Source: Selaginella moellendorffii (Eukaryota; Plantae; Lycopodiophyta). From it: a stretch of DNA of 64,000 nt. Both the position numbers and the translations under genes were made by a program. The notes beneath the pieces were generated by a model. It made no database searches. It was not told the DNA's origin and saw only the letters and a program-made list of their open reading frames with translations. The stretch lies in contig NW_003314315.1 in assembly GCF_000143415.4 (NCBI RefSeq), positions 186,001-250,000 of the forward strand, written 5' to 3'. Every line of letters begins with the position of its first letter. Position 1 is the stretch's first letter. Shown here piece after piece: positions 1 through 11,279 of the stretch.

Positions 1-728
1 TTCCTCGAGGGCAATTTGAGTCCGTCGGCTTCTCCATTCATAGCTCCCGAGACAGTCGGCTCGACTGCTGTGGTAGCCGTGCTGGGACCAAACCGGATCA
101 TCGTCGCCAACTGTGGTGACTCGAGGGCCGTCCTTTCGAGAGGGGGGCGAGCCATTCCTCTCTCCGTGGACCACAAAGTGAGTTTTCTTCTTCTTCTTGC
201 TTTGATTTTGTTCTGATTTTGTATGCGCTTGTTTTGTTTTGCAGCCAGATCGAGAGGACGAGCTGGCCCGAGTTGAGGCTGCCGGAGGGAGGGTGTTTTT
301 TTGGAACGGTTATAGAGTCTTAGGAGTTCTGGCAATGTCGAGAGCAATTGGTACGTTATGCAGCAGCCTTTGTGTGTTTTTTCTCGTTGTCTCGGAGTTA
401 CTCGACACATTTTATTAATCTTGTTTTCATCACAGGTGATAGATACCTCAAGCCGTTTATAATCCCAGAGCCGGACGTTACTTGTACAGAGAGAAGTTCG
501 GAGGACGAGTGCCTGATATTGGCCAGCGACGGCCTGTGGGACGTGCTCACCAACGAGGTGGCGTGTGACATTGCACGGAAGTGTCTCGTTAGGCATCGAG
601 CTCGGCAGGGCGGCGAGAGTGCCGCAGACATGGCTGCTGGATTACTGACCAAGGTCGCGATTGCCAAAGGCAGCACTGACAACATCAGTGTGGTGGTGGT
701 GGATCTAAGCTCATCCTTGCGAAGGTGA
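1..728 (+). CDS. Clade A protein phosphatase 2C (ABI1/HAB-like), 5'-truncated by the window; exons <1-177, 245-350, 436-728
   Basis: Spliced translation gives [82 protein letters not shown]. The Trp in FWNG is the clade-A residue that contacts the PYL-ABA complex. GT-AG introns at 178-244 and 351-435. Confidence 0.93.
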
Positions 729-1651
729 CGGGAGAGACTTTGGTGTATTTGAGAAATTTTTTCTCTTTTCTTCCCTCTCTCTCTCGCTCGCTCTCTCCAT
801 TCCTTTCTCAAATTTCGTCCTCCCAGCTATCTGTGTTCTTCTTGCCATGCAAAAGAAAAAAAATTGTTATACACTAGAGGAAGTCTATTGAAGTTTTTGA
901 GGGATAAGAAAAGGACTGCTCTAGAATCAACATGGCAAGAACACCATTCTCCAACATGGCAAGAACTATGAGGGTTCAACATGGCATCGATCGATCGATT
1001 CAGCAACTAGACTACGATAGATCGATGCCGAAGCTTTTGTCGGGATTTGAACTTGGGCTAATATCAAAGTGTCGGGATTTCTGTTTTGTTAAACTTTTGG
1101 AAATATCACAAGTCTTTTGGATTGCATCATCCTCAAACTATATAAAGTCGAGGGGTGTTGTCGCCTGGATGTGTGGTTCCATTCAAGGGCTTACACATGG
1201 CGCACACAAAGAAGAAAAAAAGAAGAAAAAGAGGGAAGCTTAGCATCTTTCACGTGGAGCACTATCTCCAGACAAAATCTTTGGCTTCATATCACACTAC
1301 CACGGTCATGGCTGCTCTGTCATTTGCAATCTAAAAATCAATAACACGGTGCAGCGATTCATTTCACGGGGATGGCATACAAATTTAGCCATTGTTCACA
1401 GTTCTTTTTCCATAAAAGGTAATAATAATTTAGATTCAACTTCTGGAAGCTGCGGATTGGCATTTACAGCTTTTTTTTTTGTGTGGAGTGGTCATTGGGA
1501 ATTTTGTAACCACGAACACACTTTTTCGTTGGCAAAATTTTCTTGGATATATGGAAAGTAAAAGTAACCATTCAAGAATCTTATCTCTAAAGCTAATATT
1601 TATTCGACCAAATGCAACTTATCTGATTCGCTTTATGGAATGGAATCAGCC

Positions 1652-1751
1652 NNNNNNNNNNNNNNNNNNNNNNNNNNNNNNNNNNNNNNNNNNNNNNNNN
1701 NNNNNNNNNNNNNNNNNNNNNNNNNNNNNNNNNNNNNNNNNNNNNNNNNNN
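1652..1751. other. Assembly gap (100 N)
   Basis: Run of N. Confidence 1.
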
Positions 1752-3488
1752 TTCCCCCCCCCCCCCTTAAAGTTGCATAGTTGCTGCCCTCGAGGTCCAG
1801 GTATTCCGACGAGAAAGCTTACGCAGCAAAGGTGCGAATATAAACCGTGGCGAATGTTTGTGCGTCTCCCTTTGGCCGGATGGGTTGATTGATCGATCGC
1901 ATCAAATCGAGCAACAGTTGAAAAACAAACATAGAAAGGTAAAAAAACGAATAAAACTTTCCATGCTAAATCAAGAACACCAAGGTCGTGCCATTTGGTA
2001 GGACTGCACATCACTGCACCAGTGTCTCGCTACCACTTGAACACGATTCCAAAGTTGCCTATGGAAGTTTTACTTTTCCATCTCTAGCGCGTGGAGAAAG
2101 ATTGCAACTAAGAGTACCATGTCCCAGGGTTGCTTGTAGCCCGCCTCTCTTCTCTCGTCTCGAGGTCTCCTTGCTTGCCTTGACCAACCTGCTAACAGTG
2201 TTACACCCAGGTCTTTCTCTTCGCCAAGAAAACCACGCTGATTGGACGAGGCAATGTACTAAGGTTTGCTGTAAAACTTCCGGCGAGACACGCATACTAT
2301 ATACAATATTATAAATTAATTTTTACTTCTAAATTTAAATTTTAATTGTAATTTTATTAGGAAAAGTATTGTGGTAAATCCAATCCAAGCCACTAGCAAT
2401 ACCAATAATTTTGCAAGGTAGAGATTCAGACCATGTCATCGGATTAGAAGGTAGTCACACCATCGCTGTGTGTGCTTGTCTTGTTGTCTGCGATCTCTAA
2501 GTACTTTTTGCGTGATTGCATAGGAATACTTAAGCTATTTGATAGAATCGCTACGATCGGATACTCCGGGGCTCGACGTACGCCTCCGGGAGGGCGACAC
2601 TTCCGTACGAGTTGAATGTCACAGATCATGCTCGGAGCACTCAGCCTTTGGCGAGCTCGATTTGCTCACACCCCAAGTGTGGACCAAGATCCAGCCAAGT
2701 GGCATCTGTGGTGCTCAAAGTCGGCGATTAAACAATGCGTCGCGAGGGGCGCGAGGGCATTTTTCTAACACGCTTCACTAACCTAAACCGTAAAATATAT
2801 GGAGATGGGTGATGCTTAAACAAATGCCCAATAGATCTTTGGAGAGCGTTCTTGGCTTCTTGTCGAGTTTGTAGCAGGAATCCTGTGCCGAAACTGGTCA
2901 ACACCCATAGCTTTAAATGCCAAAAGAAGGAGAGGGAAGAAGACAATAGTTGCATTTTCCTCTCTCCCTCGTTTTGGAATTCTCAGTGAGAATTGAAGAA
3001 AATTGTAAAAAAGGCCACTCAGATCCACGGAAGGGAAGTGAGGAGATGGCTTGCTTCTAATCCAGTTCATCTCCATCCAAATTTTCATGGCCTGGAGCAC
3101 GTTGACTGGCTGCTATGCTGCCACTTTGGGGTATACCCATTCAGGGCATATGTCTTAAAAGGGGCCGGCTCTCCTCGGCTAGAAAACACGCCCATGATAT
3201 TTTGGCAATTTGTTGCGAGCAGGAGAAGCCTCTGGCGAACTCGAAAGCAACAAAACAAAGATAAAAACACCGAAATATATATATAAAAGTATATATATAT
3301 CTTCTTTGTTTTCATTTTAATGTACACAAGCAAAAAAACCAAGGAAAAAAAGCTCGAGGGAAAGAGAGAGGGGACCGGGGGCCGATTCCAATGGCTATAT
3401 GCACAAGAGCGGCTCTCCACTTGTCCCCCCACGAAAAACTTCGCAAACCTTTCCTCTCTCGACGATGGACGCTGCATTCTCTCGTCCA

Positions 3489-5558
3489 TCAGTCGCTCTG
3501 GCTGGCCAGTTCCTCCTCGGACACGAAGGTGCCGTGGAAGCCATACGGCACCCGCGCCGGAAGCTGGACCGAGGCCAGGAGCTCCAGGTTGTCAGTGGCG
3601 GCGTCCAGCACCAGGAGCTCCGACACTCCCGTGCTCTCGTTGTGAACGAACGTGAGGACGTAGCCATCGTCCTCGGCCGCGTCCGGGTCGGACGTCCGGG
3701 GCACGAAGAAGGGCTCGCCACCAAAGCAATTCTCGCCGTGCACGCGACGGCCCACAACACAGTCGGATACCACCTCGGCCTCCGCCACCTCGGTCTCCAC
3801 CTCGGCCTTCTCCTTCTTTAGCGAGAGGTCCACCTTGGCGATGCCCGAGATCTTTGGCCACGGGTCCGCCACCGCCAGGTAGAGGTAGCGGCACTGGCGG
3901 CCCAGGACGCGGCGGTTCACAGTCCCGGCCTCGAGGTTGAGCCCGGCGATGGGTGTCCGAGTTGACGTGCCCGTGGTCAAGTTGAGCCGGATTTCGCACA
4001 GCACGCTGCTCATCTCCTCGTGTCCATTCGGGGACTCGTTGAAGACGCAGTCGGGCGGAGTCATGCACGATCCCAGCACCACGATCTCATCCTCGCTCGC
4101 CTCCCATGCATTCCAGACGTGGAAGCAGAAGCAATCCGGCACCTCCACCCACTTGAGCTCGTCCGAGGTGGTGGCATACTTCGGGAGCACTCCAAAGCGG
4201 GCCTTCTTCTTGGGATCGTAGACCACGGGCGATTTGCCCAGGAGCATCCGCAGGAGCTGGAACACCACCTGCTGGTCCGGGATCACCACGAACCTGTCGG
4301 TGATGGCGAAGTCGTGCATCATGGTCGCCCCGGGGAGCGGGATCTCCACGTCCGGCCGCTTGGTTCCATCCGCCGCGAAGCTGAAGTACCTGAGATACGG
4401 CTTCTTGACCACGTCGTAGCTGAGCGCGAAGAGCTCCCCGGTGCGCGGGTCCTTCTTGGGGTGCGCGATCATGGAGCTCGCTTTGAGCTGCCCGTGGAAG
4501 TCGTAGCGCCCAATAGTGGAGACGTCGCCATCGCCCTCGATCCGGAGCGCGTAGGGCTGATCGTCCTCGGACATGGCCAGGAGCTTGCCATCGAAGAAGA
4601 CGACGCCGGCGTTGGCCGGACCCATCCCCTTGCCCGCGTCCACCAGCCCGGCCAGGGAGCGGAGGTAGTAGAGCGCGAGGCGGGCGGCGCCGCCATGGCC
4701 GTGGAGCTCCCCCACCGCCTTGGGGAAGAAGGCGCGGCCCAGCCGCTCCTCCTGGCACAGCCGGTTTGTCCGCGTGAAGCGCGAGCAGTACGTGGCGGTA
4801 CCGCCCGAGAGCCGCACGGCATGGAGCATACCGTCGCCGTCAAAGAGGTGGTGGCCGGCGACGGGCTTAAACCGCGGGTTGGCGCCGTTGCGCACGTACA
4901 GCCCGTCAAGCCCGTCGGGGAGACGGCCCGTGACGGGCAGTCGGATGCCCGAGGCCGGGCACTCAGGCACCGGCGCGAAATTGCCCTCGAGCTGGACAGC
5001 CGGATTGGCGGTGGAGGGGAGGTGATCGCCCTCCAGGATGGGGATGACGCGCTGCTCGATCCAGTCTAGTGCTCCCGCCGCCATCTTCTGGGCGGGTTTC
5101 CATTGCTCGATCGCGATCCCTGGCGTTTGCCCCGGCTTTGTGAAGGATTCGCGAAGGTTCCACAGGGGAATGTCGTCCCACGAGAGCGATGACTTGGGGG
5201 CGATGGAGATTGCCCGTGTGATGCTCGCCTCGAGCGCTTGGATGCAATCCTCGATGGATGGAGCTGCCGCCGCCGCTGATAGGAGACTGGCCAGAGGGGA
5301 GCTGCTGGATTCCTGGGGCGATGGCGATGGCGATGGTGGGCAGTCGATTAAATGCGCCTGGATCCCTCTCCTGGCGCTCCTCTTGATCGTCCCCTTGGGC
5401 AATTGGGCTTGGAGCCGCGATCTGGAGCAGAGGCTGTGGTGAATTTGGCGCCTGGAGGTGAAACAAGACGAAGACGAGGAGCTGGAAGAGGACGAGGCAG
5501 AGCTCGCGATCATCAAGCTCGTGATCCCCCTGCTGCTGCATTCCATGGCTGCTGCCAT
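3489..5558 (-). CDS. NCED: 9-cis-epoxycarotenoid dioxygenase (ABA biosynthesis), intronless, 689 aa with Ser-rich plastid transit peptide
   Basis: Motifs [28 protein letters not shown] and [11 protein letters not shown]. The four Fe-binding His motifs are present ([29 protein letters not shown]). First ATG is at 5558; the ORF-track start at 5660 is a non-ATG codon. Confidence 0.93.
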   Translation of the reverse strand: MAAAMECSSRGITSLMIASSASSSSSSSSSSCFTSRRQIHHSLCSRSRLQAQLPKGTIKRSARRGIQAHLIDCPPSPSPSPQESSSSPLASLLSAAAAAPSIEDCIQALEASITRAISIAPKSSLSWDDIPLWNLRESFTKPGQTPGIAIEQWKPAQKMAAGALDWIEQRVIPILEGDHLPSTANPAVQLEGNFAPVPECPASGIRLPVTGRLPDGLDGLYVRNGANPRFKPVAGHHLFDGDGMLHAVRLSGGTATYCSRFTRTNRLCQEERLGRAFFPKAVGELHGHGGAARLALYYLRSLAGLVDAGKGMGPANAGVVFFDGKLLAMSEDDQPYALRIEGDGDVSTIGRYDFHGQLKASSMIAHPKKDPRTGELFALSYDVVKKPYLRYFSFAADGTKRPDVEIPLPGATMMHDFAITDRFVVIPDQQVVFQLLRMLLGKSPVVYDPKKKARFGVLPKYATTSDELKWVEVPDCFCFHVWNAWEASEDEIVVLGSCMTPPDCVFNESPNGHEEMSSVLCEIRLNLTTGTSTRTPIAGLNLEAGTVNRRVLGRQCRYLYLAVADPWPKISGIAKVDLSLKKEKAEVETEVAEAEVVSDCVVGRRVHGENCFGGEPFFVPRTSDPDAAEDDGYVLTFVHNESTGVSELLVLDAATDNLELLASVQLPARVPYGFHGTFVSEEELASQSD

Positions 5559-5679
5559 GGGACGATCGAAGGAAGGAGAAGAGGAGAAATGGGGGAGAAG
5601 AGGAGGGGGAGGGGAAAAGGAAGAGATTTCTCGGAGTTGGCGAGAATTCGACAAGAACAAACCAGGGCTCTGCTGCTCT

Positions 5680-6060
5680 CACAATATATACGTGTTTGCT
5701 GCTCCCAAGAGATGAAGACAAATTACCATTCGCTGGCCAACCAACTGGAGGGATGGTGGAAATTTTTTTACGCAGCAGCCACGAGAAACAAGGGGGAATT
5801 TTAAGAAGGAAGCCTCTTGTGCGCGATTAGAAATTCCTGGAACAAGGAAACACGAAGAAGAGGGCCGTGGAGCTCTCGCTCTCTCTCTCTCTCTCGCTCA
5901 CTCTTCTCGCAAGTATATCCCTTTCCAGGAATTCTGGGCCAAAAATTTAGCGCTGGGCTTTGTGTTGTGGTGGGCTTCAGGGGCGTGTATATATATATAC
6001 GTGGAGGATTAGGGCAAAAAGAGTGCCAAGTTGGAAATCTCGCGGCACGACACGTGGATG
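5680..6060 (-). promoter_or_regulatory. Putative NCED core promoter with TATA-like boxes and ACGT/ABRE elements
   Basis: TATATACGTG occurs at ~5685 and ~5994, GACACGTGG (ABRE/G-box) at 6049-6057, and a (CT)n tract at ~5872-5897. Confidence 0.5.
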
Positions 6061-7597
6061 GATGCCCCACACGGCTTAACTGAAGGTTTTTGGAGACAAT
6101 GCGATGGTGTGTTGTGCGCCTGTGTGTGAAATTGGGATTGATCGATGGAGATTGGGTGGTGTAGACAGAGGGTTGACTCAAGGAATAACCTTCTTTATTC
6201 CGGGAAAAAGAAAAGGTAGATTTGTATAATGGGCTTCTTTGGAGGAGACGCGCTTTTTCAACACCTTGCTTTCATGTCCGAGTTTGAATTCAATCCACTT
6301 TGTGTTGTCGTTGTTGTTGCTGCTGCTGGTTCTATTTCAGTTGTTGCTGACAACGAAAGATCTTAGACAACTTCTCCTGGACAAAGATCAAGTTCTTGGA
6401 CAAAAACGTTGAGATCAACTCCTTCCCCTGGAGAATCCATGTGTGGTAATCTCGTTAAAGGGATTCCGTGCAACGAACCTGGTGGATTAGTTTTGATCTT
6501 GCTTTATAGGGTTCTTGGGCCGGGGTCACGTATTTGTCAAGTGATGTGAGAACAGTGAAAGGAGACGAGATCGCAAAATCTTTTAGCGCGGCTCCCCTTT
6601 TGTGTTTTTGTTTTTTCTTAGGTGTATGAGAAAATTACACATGCTTCACGTTGGCTTCTGATGTACGGGGGCTCACAAATGTGTATGCATACAAAGATGT
6701 TTCATTCAAGCAATGTTCTTCCGAAAGAATTTGGGCGCTTCCTGGATTGGCGTGTGCAGCAAACACGTTGTCCATCCGGCCACCTTCGTCCCAACCCGAG
6801 GTCGGTGCAGTGGGATGGTTCTTTCATGGTCAAAATGTTTGAAAGTCTTGCTTGGTACAGTAAACAGATCTTAATCAGGGCGAATTCAAATTCTTTGGGA
6901 AAAGAATAAAACGTGCAGGAAAGCATCACATGGAAGTTATTGGAAATCTAACACTGATTCATTTGAATTTGTAAACTAGTGGAGGCCGCCATGTTCAAAC
7001 TGCAACCTCCCCTGGGCTTGACTTGAGTTGGAAGAACATCGGATCACGATGATTGGGGAGGGAAAACTTTCAACAAAGGCCAAGAACATGGATTAGTACT
7101 AATAAAATCTCTCCACCCACATGCCCTCTGGGCAGCTATCACATTGCCATCAACATTGATGGGGCAGATTGGCCAGGATCTATAAAACCATGTAAGTTTT
7201 TTTCTAGTTCTGGATTTCAGAAGATTCACCTTTTTATTGAATTAAGATTCACAAACACCGACAAACTACCTCCTGCGAACTCCCTCTTTATAGCAAGCAA
7301 CAGCAAAACAACAACCAACTTAACGAGTTCAAAGATGCTCATCCACTTAAACTATATCATCATCATGTTTGACTAGCAATAAATCTGACCATCCCCACAT
7401 TCAAATTGCAGCAACTTTTGCCTTCATTCCTGCCGCCACCACCTTTTCTGCTTCGTAGAGGACCTCTTGCTTGGCGGCCACCCGACTAAATGTCTTATAT
7501 GTGCCACAGCAAGCAAGCCGCAGCATGGAAACAGAAACAGACAACGACATTTTCTGCCGCATCTGCATCTACTTTGCCCAGAGCCTGACAAGATATG

Positions 7598-8185
7598 CAT
7601 GCATGCGTGATGCTGAAATGTCTAGGGCTCAGAACGGAGGTGAGCGGGGATTTTGGTCTCCCATGCCGTCACCGCCCCTCCATGTGGGCTATAATCCACG
7701 GCCCTTACAGAGAAATTGGAAGAATCTAGAATGGAGATGTTGCACTGATTTAGGCCGGGAGAGCTCCTGCTCTGACGCTTGGTTGTTGCTTGAATTTAGC
7801 AATTTCCACCTTGCCCACTACAACCACGCAAACGCAAGGCCGCCACCCCCCTCCATGTGAACAAAGCATGGAGATGCTTAACTCGTGCATGTGACAAAAT
7901 ACCGCATTTAATGCTTTTTTTAAAACTAGTATGTTATCTAGGGTTTTTGCTTTTTTTAAAATGGAGATTCACGTCCATAACTGATATAACTGAAAAGCAA
8001 GGGGGACCCAGGGAATATGCTACCTCCGACATATTTTTGAAATTTTGGTTTGAAGGAAATATTTTTGGGTAGCCAATCACAGAAGTGCGTGTGGAATGTC
8101 GTGGCAAGTTGAGGATATAGCATTTGAATGAAACACATGGCAATGGCGGCGGGCCACCACGGGGAGAGAATCTACTACACGTGGC
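7598..8185. promoter_or_regulatory. Distal RY and ABRE elements in the gene-free region upstream of NCED
   Basis: CATGCATG (RY) at 7598-7605 and ACACGTGGC (ABRE) at 8177-8185. Motif matches only. Confidence 0.3.
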
Positions 8186-8361
8186 GTGATCACATCAGTT
8201 CCAAGTAGCTCTTGTCGGTCAGCATTTTGACCAACACATGGGACGCTGTAAAAAAAAGTGCATTTTCTTTTCCTCCACTCCCTTTTTTTCTTCATTGCCT
8301 TGTTTCCAAAAGGTGGCACGTCCCAAATCATTCCATGTCTTCATTTTCCATAATCCATATA

Positions 8362-8386
8362 TCAATCTATCTATCTATCTATCTAC
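8362..8386. repeat. (TATC)n microsatellite
   Basis: tcaatctatctatctatctatctac. Confidence 0.8.
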
Positions 8387-9369
8387 ATGCTGTTTAGATA
8401 AAGAAAAACATGAAAAGAATAACAAAGAAGAAAAGAGAAAAAGCTTTCAGAAATTAGCTTTCTCTCTGAATGGCGCACACAAGAATTTCTAGAGAACACT
8501 CTCACACAAAAGTCATCTTTTGTTACTTTCCTGGTCGACCACCACCCAGGCCAGACTTACATGTTTCCGTGAGCGTGTGCTAGAATAAATTGCAAGGCTG
8601 TCTGTCCCTCAGGAAGAAGGAGAATGACAAGCAATTGACCTGACCTGCGAGCTGCAGATTTTGAAAGCAAGTTCTGAATCAAAGAAAGAAAGGAAAAAAA
8701 GGAAAAACCATTATGACTCCATTTCCTGTGAAGTTGGAGCCAGGAGGTCGGGCAGCGTTGTGGAGCTCGCAGAGACTGTCCTTTTCTTTGTGGATCCATC
8801 CCTTCCATGCCTGTCGGCGCAAATGGCTCCACGGCATCGATCACATACACTAGTCGCACACTCATCTAGATCCAACACACTCATGCTTCCAGTACCATCA
8901 TTTTCTGTGTGACAAACCTCCACCGCTGTGGAGACCTTTCCTGTTGCGAAACCATCCCGATCTTGGCGAGGAAACCCCCACGAAGAACGAGGAGAGTTGG
9001 TTTGACTGTGCAAATCGCTTGGGTCAAAAGATTCTTTCCTCGCACCGCCCTTTGAATCGGAGAGTGAAACCTATCAAGGCAGAAGAAAAAGTATAACAAG
9101 TTGGAGAACGCCTGCTTTCGCCAGCTTGAGTGTTGTCGGTCAGTGCTGTAACGAAAAGTGTAGTTACAGTGCGGCAGCCAAGTGACCCTCTTTTCGTGTT
9201 TTTATGAACCAGTGGATGTGATGTGCGACAGATGGAAATGGATATTGATAAGAAATTTAGAGAGAAAAGTGGCGAGGAAGTCCAAGTGTAGCGTGTTCTC
9301 TTTTTTGTGGAACACTTGGGCAGAAGTAGTTTGTTTGGATTGAGTGTTTGACCAGGTGACGAGTTTTCA

Positions 9370-10355
9370 AACACCTGAAAGGTGAAATCGGACTCTCAAT
9401 CCTCTCCCAACCCTCATTTCATGAGATGTTTGGCTGTGCAAGCGACGAGAAGGATGCTTGTGTGTCAGTGCAAGTTGATCCTCGCTCTGCTGTGTCATAT
9501 CAGAGCCACAGTGGACCTGAAAGCTGATGTCTCATTACTTGCAACATAAAAACGCATGCTCGTGTTTCGCGCAATAGCTAACGGGGGCATGATTTGGACG
9601 AGTAGTTCTAAACCAGGTGGATGATAATATCGTCGGCTCTGTAGCATGACATAACCCTCGATGAACACGATGCTTTGCTGGCCCGGGTAACAGATATATT
9701 CGTTCCACACCAAAGATTTCTCCGTAACAAACCCTAATGCTATCATGATGTGGGAGCTCTAGAAACGTGCAAAAAGCTAGTGATTCTAAAATCATCTAGA
9801 GGGACAAAACTTTGATTTATGTCTACAATAATACATGTTTTTGGGAAATGTTCCTAAGTTCAGTGTAAAACAATTTTCTATAATGTGAATTTTCTGTCTA
9901 CGTTTTCCCAAAAAGGTGGTATGGTATGGTTGCACACTTGGTAAGGCGGTTTGACGAGGTGGACCAAGTGTTCCAAACACCTGAAAACTGGAGATGGCGT
10001 GGAGTCTCTGTCAATCCAATCCCAATTCCACATTCCTTGCAATCCTGCTTTTGTGGACGTTTGGTGCGAGTCACGGGAAGGATGCTTCTATGTCAGTGCA
10101 AGTTGCACCAGTGTGTGCGTGTCTGTGATGAGTGAAAGGAAGCGTCTTCTTTGTGTCAAGCTCTGCCATGTCAAATCGAAACAACAGTATTGTTCCTCAC
10201 TTTTATTTTATTTTTTTTCTTTTTGACAAGTAGAAAAAAAACGTGTCAAAATGTAAAGGGCATGATCGTGTTAAGGAATGATTTGGACCAGTGGTGGATA
10301 ATCTTCAAGAGGTCTGTAGCATGACACGGACCATCCACAAACTGCTGCCCGGGAA
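9370..10355. repeat. Diverged direct duplication of a non-coding segment (~9370-9690 and ~9975-10355)
   Basis: Shared blocks in the same order: aaacacctgaaa; gaaggatgctt..tgtcagtgcaagttg; atgatttggac; tctgtagcatgaca; ctg(g)cccggg. Confidence 0.75.
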
Positions 10356-10479
10356 ATCGTAGATTCTTGTTATGACGTGGTGTGCTGCAAACATGCCTTC
10401 TATAACCAATTTTGATTGGAAGGCAGAAGCCGAAAGCGATGGATTTCATCAAACGAGATATGCCAAAGATATTTGCGAT

Positions 10480-11124
10480 TCATATGAGCCCTATTGATAT
10501 TTTGACCAAGAGCCCTAAACTAACGTACATGATTGCGGGAAAACCGGCATTGGCGGCAGCGGATGATTGCAGCGGTTCTGGAATCACAGGGCAGAGAGCA
10601 GCAGTTTTGTGATCCCTGCTCTGCCAGATCGAAGCGTTTGTAGCATCGAGCAGCACTAGATTCGCGGGGGTGCCCTGGAGCGCCGCTCTCACCACGCCTC
10701 TCCCGGATGTGTTCGTGCTCCAGCGCACGAATCCGGAGACTAGAACCTGGAGCTCGCCCTGGTCCGTGAAATTGAAGTTAAATCCATAGTTGTAGCCGGA
10801 GGAGTAGCTGTCGGAGTAGGTTGATGCGCTACGATTGCGCTGGATTGTCTCGCAGGGAGAGCTCCATTTCACGAACCCGGATTGCATGACGATCCGGAGC
10901 TGCGCCCCAGATCCAAAAAACGCCCAGAAGATGAGGGAGTAGGATCCGCCGGGTGATGTCAGGATTTCCGGAGCCATTCCAGCGTTGGCATTGGCATCGA
11001 GCTGTGAGTCCCTGCTGCTCATGCCGAAGCCATAAAACTTCCCTACTACTAACTCGGATTCAGCGGTGGTGGAAGAAAAATCGAGCATCACGAGAAGAAC
11101 GAGCATGGTGATTCGGATTGCCAT
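10480..11124 (-). CDS. Small secreted bulb-type (B) lectin-like protein, 214 aa, possible GPI anchor
   Basis: Signal peptide MAIRITMLVLLVMLDFSSTTA. B-lectin-like motifs FNFTDQGELQV..RWSTNTSG..NLVLLDATNASIWQS. The C-terminus is small residues followed by a hydrophobic tail. Confidence 0.7.
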   Translation of the reverse strand: MAIRITMLVLLVMLDFSSTTAESELVVGKFYGFGMSSRDSQLDANANAGMAPEILTSPGGSYSLIFWAFFGSGAQLRIVMQSGFVKWSSPCETIQRNRSASTYSDSYSSGYNYGFNFNFTDQGELQVLVSGFVRWSTNTSGRGVVRAALQGTPANLVLLDATNASIWQSRDHKTAALCPVIPEPLQSSAAANAGFPAIMYVSLGLLVKISIGLI

Positions 11125-11279
11125 GGAGCGATTGATCTAGAGAGAGCCAAATCAAGCCCTTGTGGTTTAGATATTGGAAGGATTTGACAACTGTGTAGTC
11201 TTGGATTGCAAGTTTGATGTTTGACATTTGCACTGCCATCACGTTCTTGGTTACAGGAGAAGAAATTTATGTTTATTCC

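Noticed and set aside
2539-2781. Kelch-like fragment (ELDLLTPQVWTKIQPSG)
   Set aside because: Single weak motif, non-ATG start and no supporting exons.
4020-5721. Long overlapping ORFs (349, 252, 223 aa) across NCED
   Set aside because: Antisense or shifted shadows of GC-rich coding sequence, with no motifs. The same applies to the shadows over the PPRs, RanGAP, DUF1644 and RPK2.
8557-9099. Small minus-strand ORFs upstream of NCED
   Set aside because: No recognisable peptide family (CLE, RTFL, RALF) or coherent splice model.
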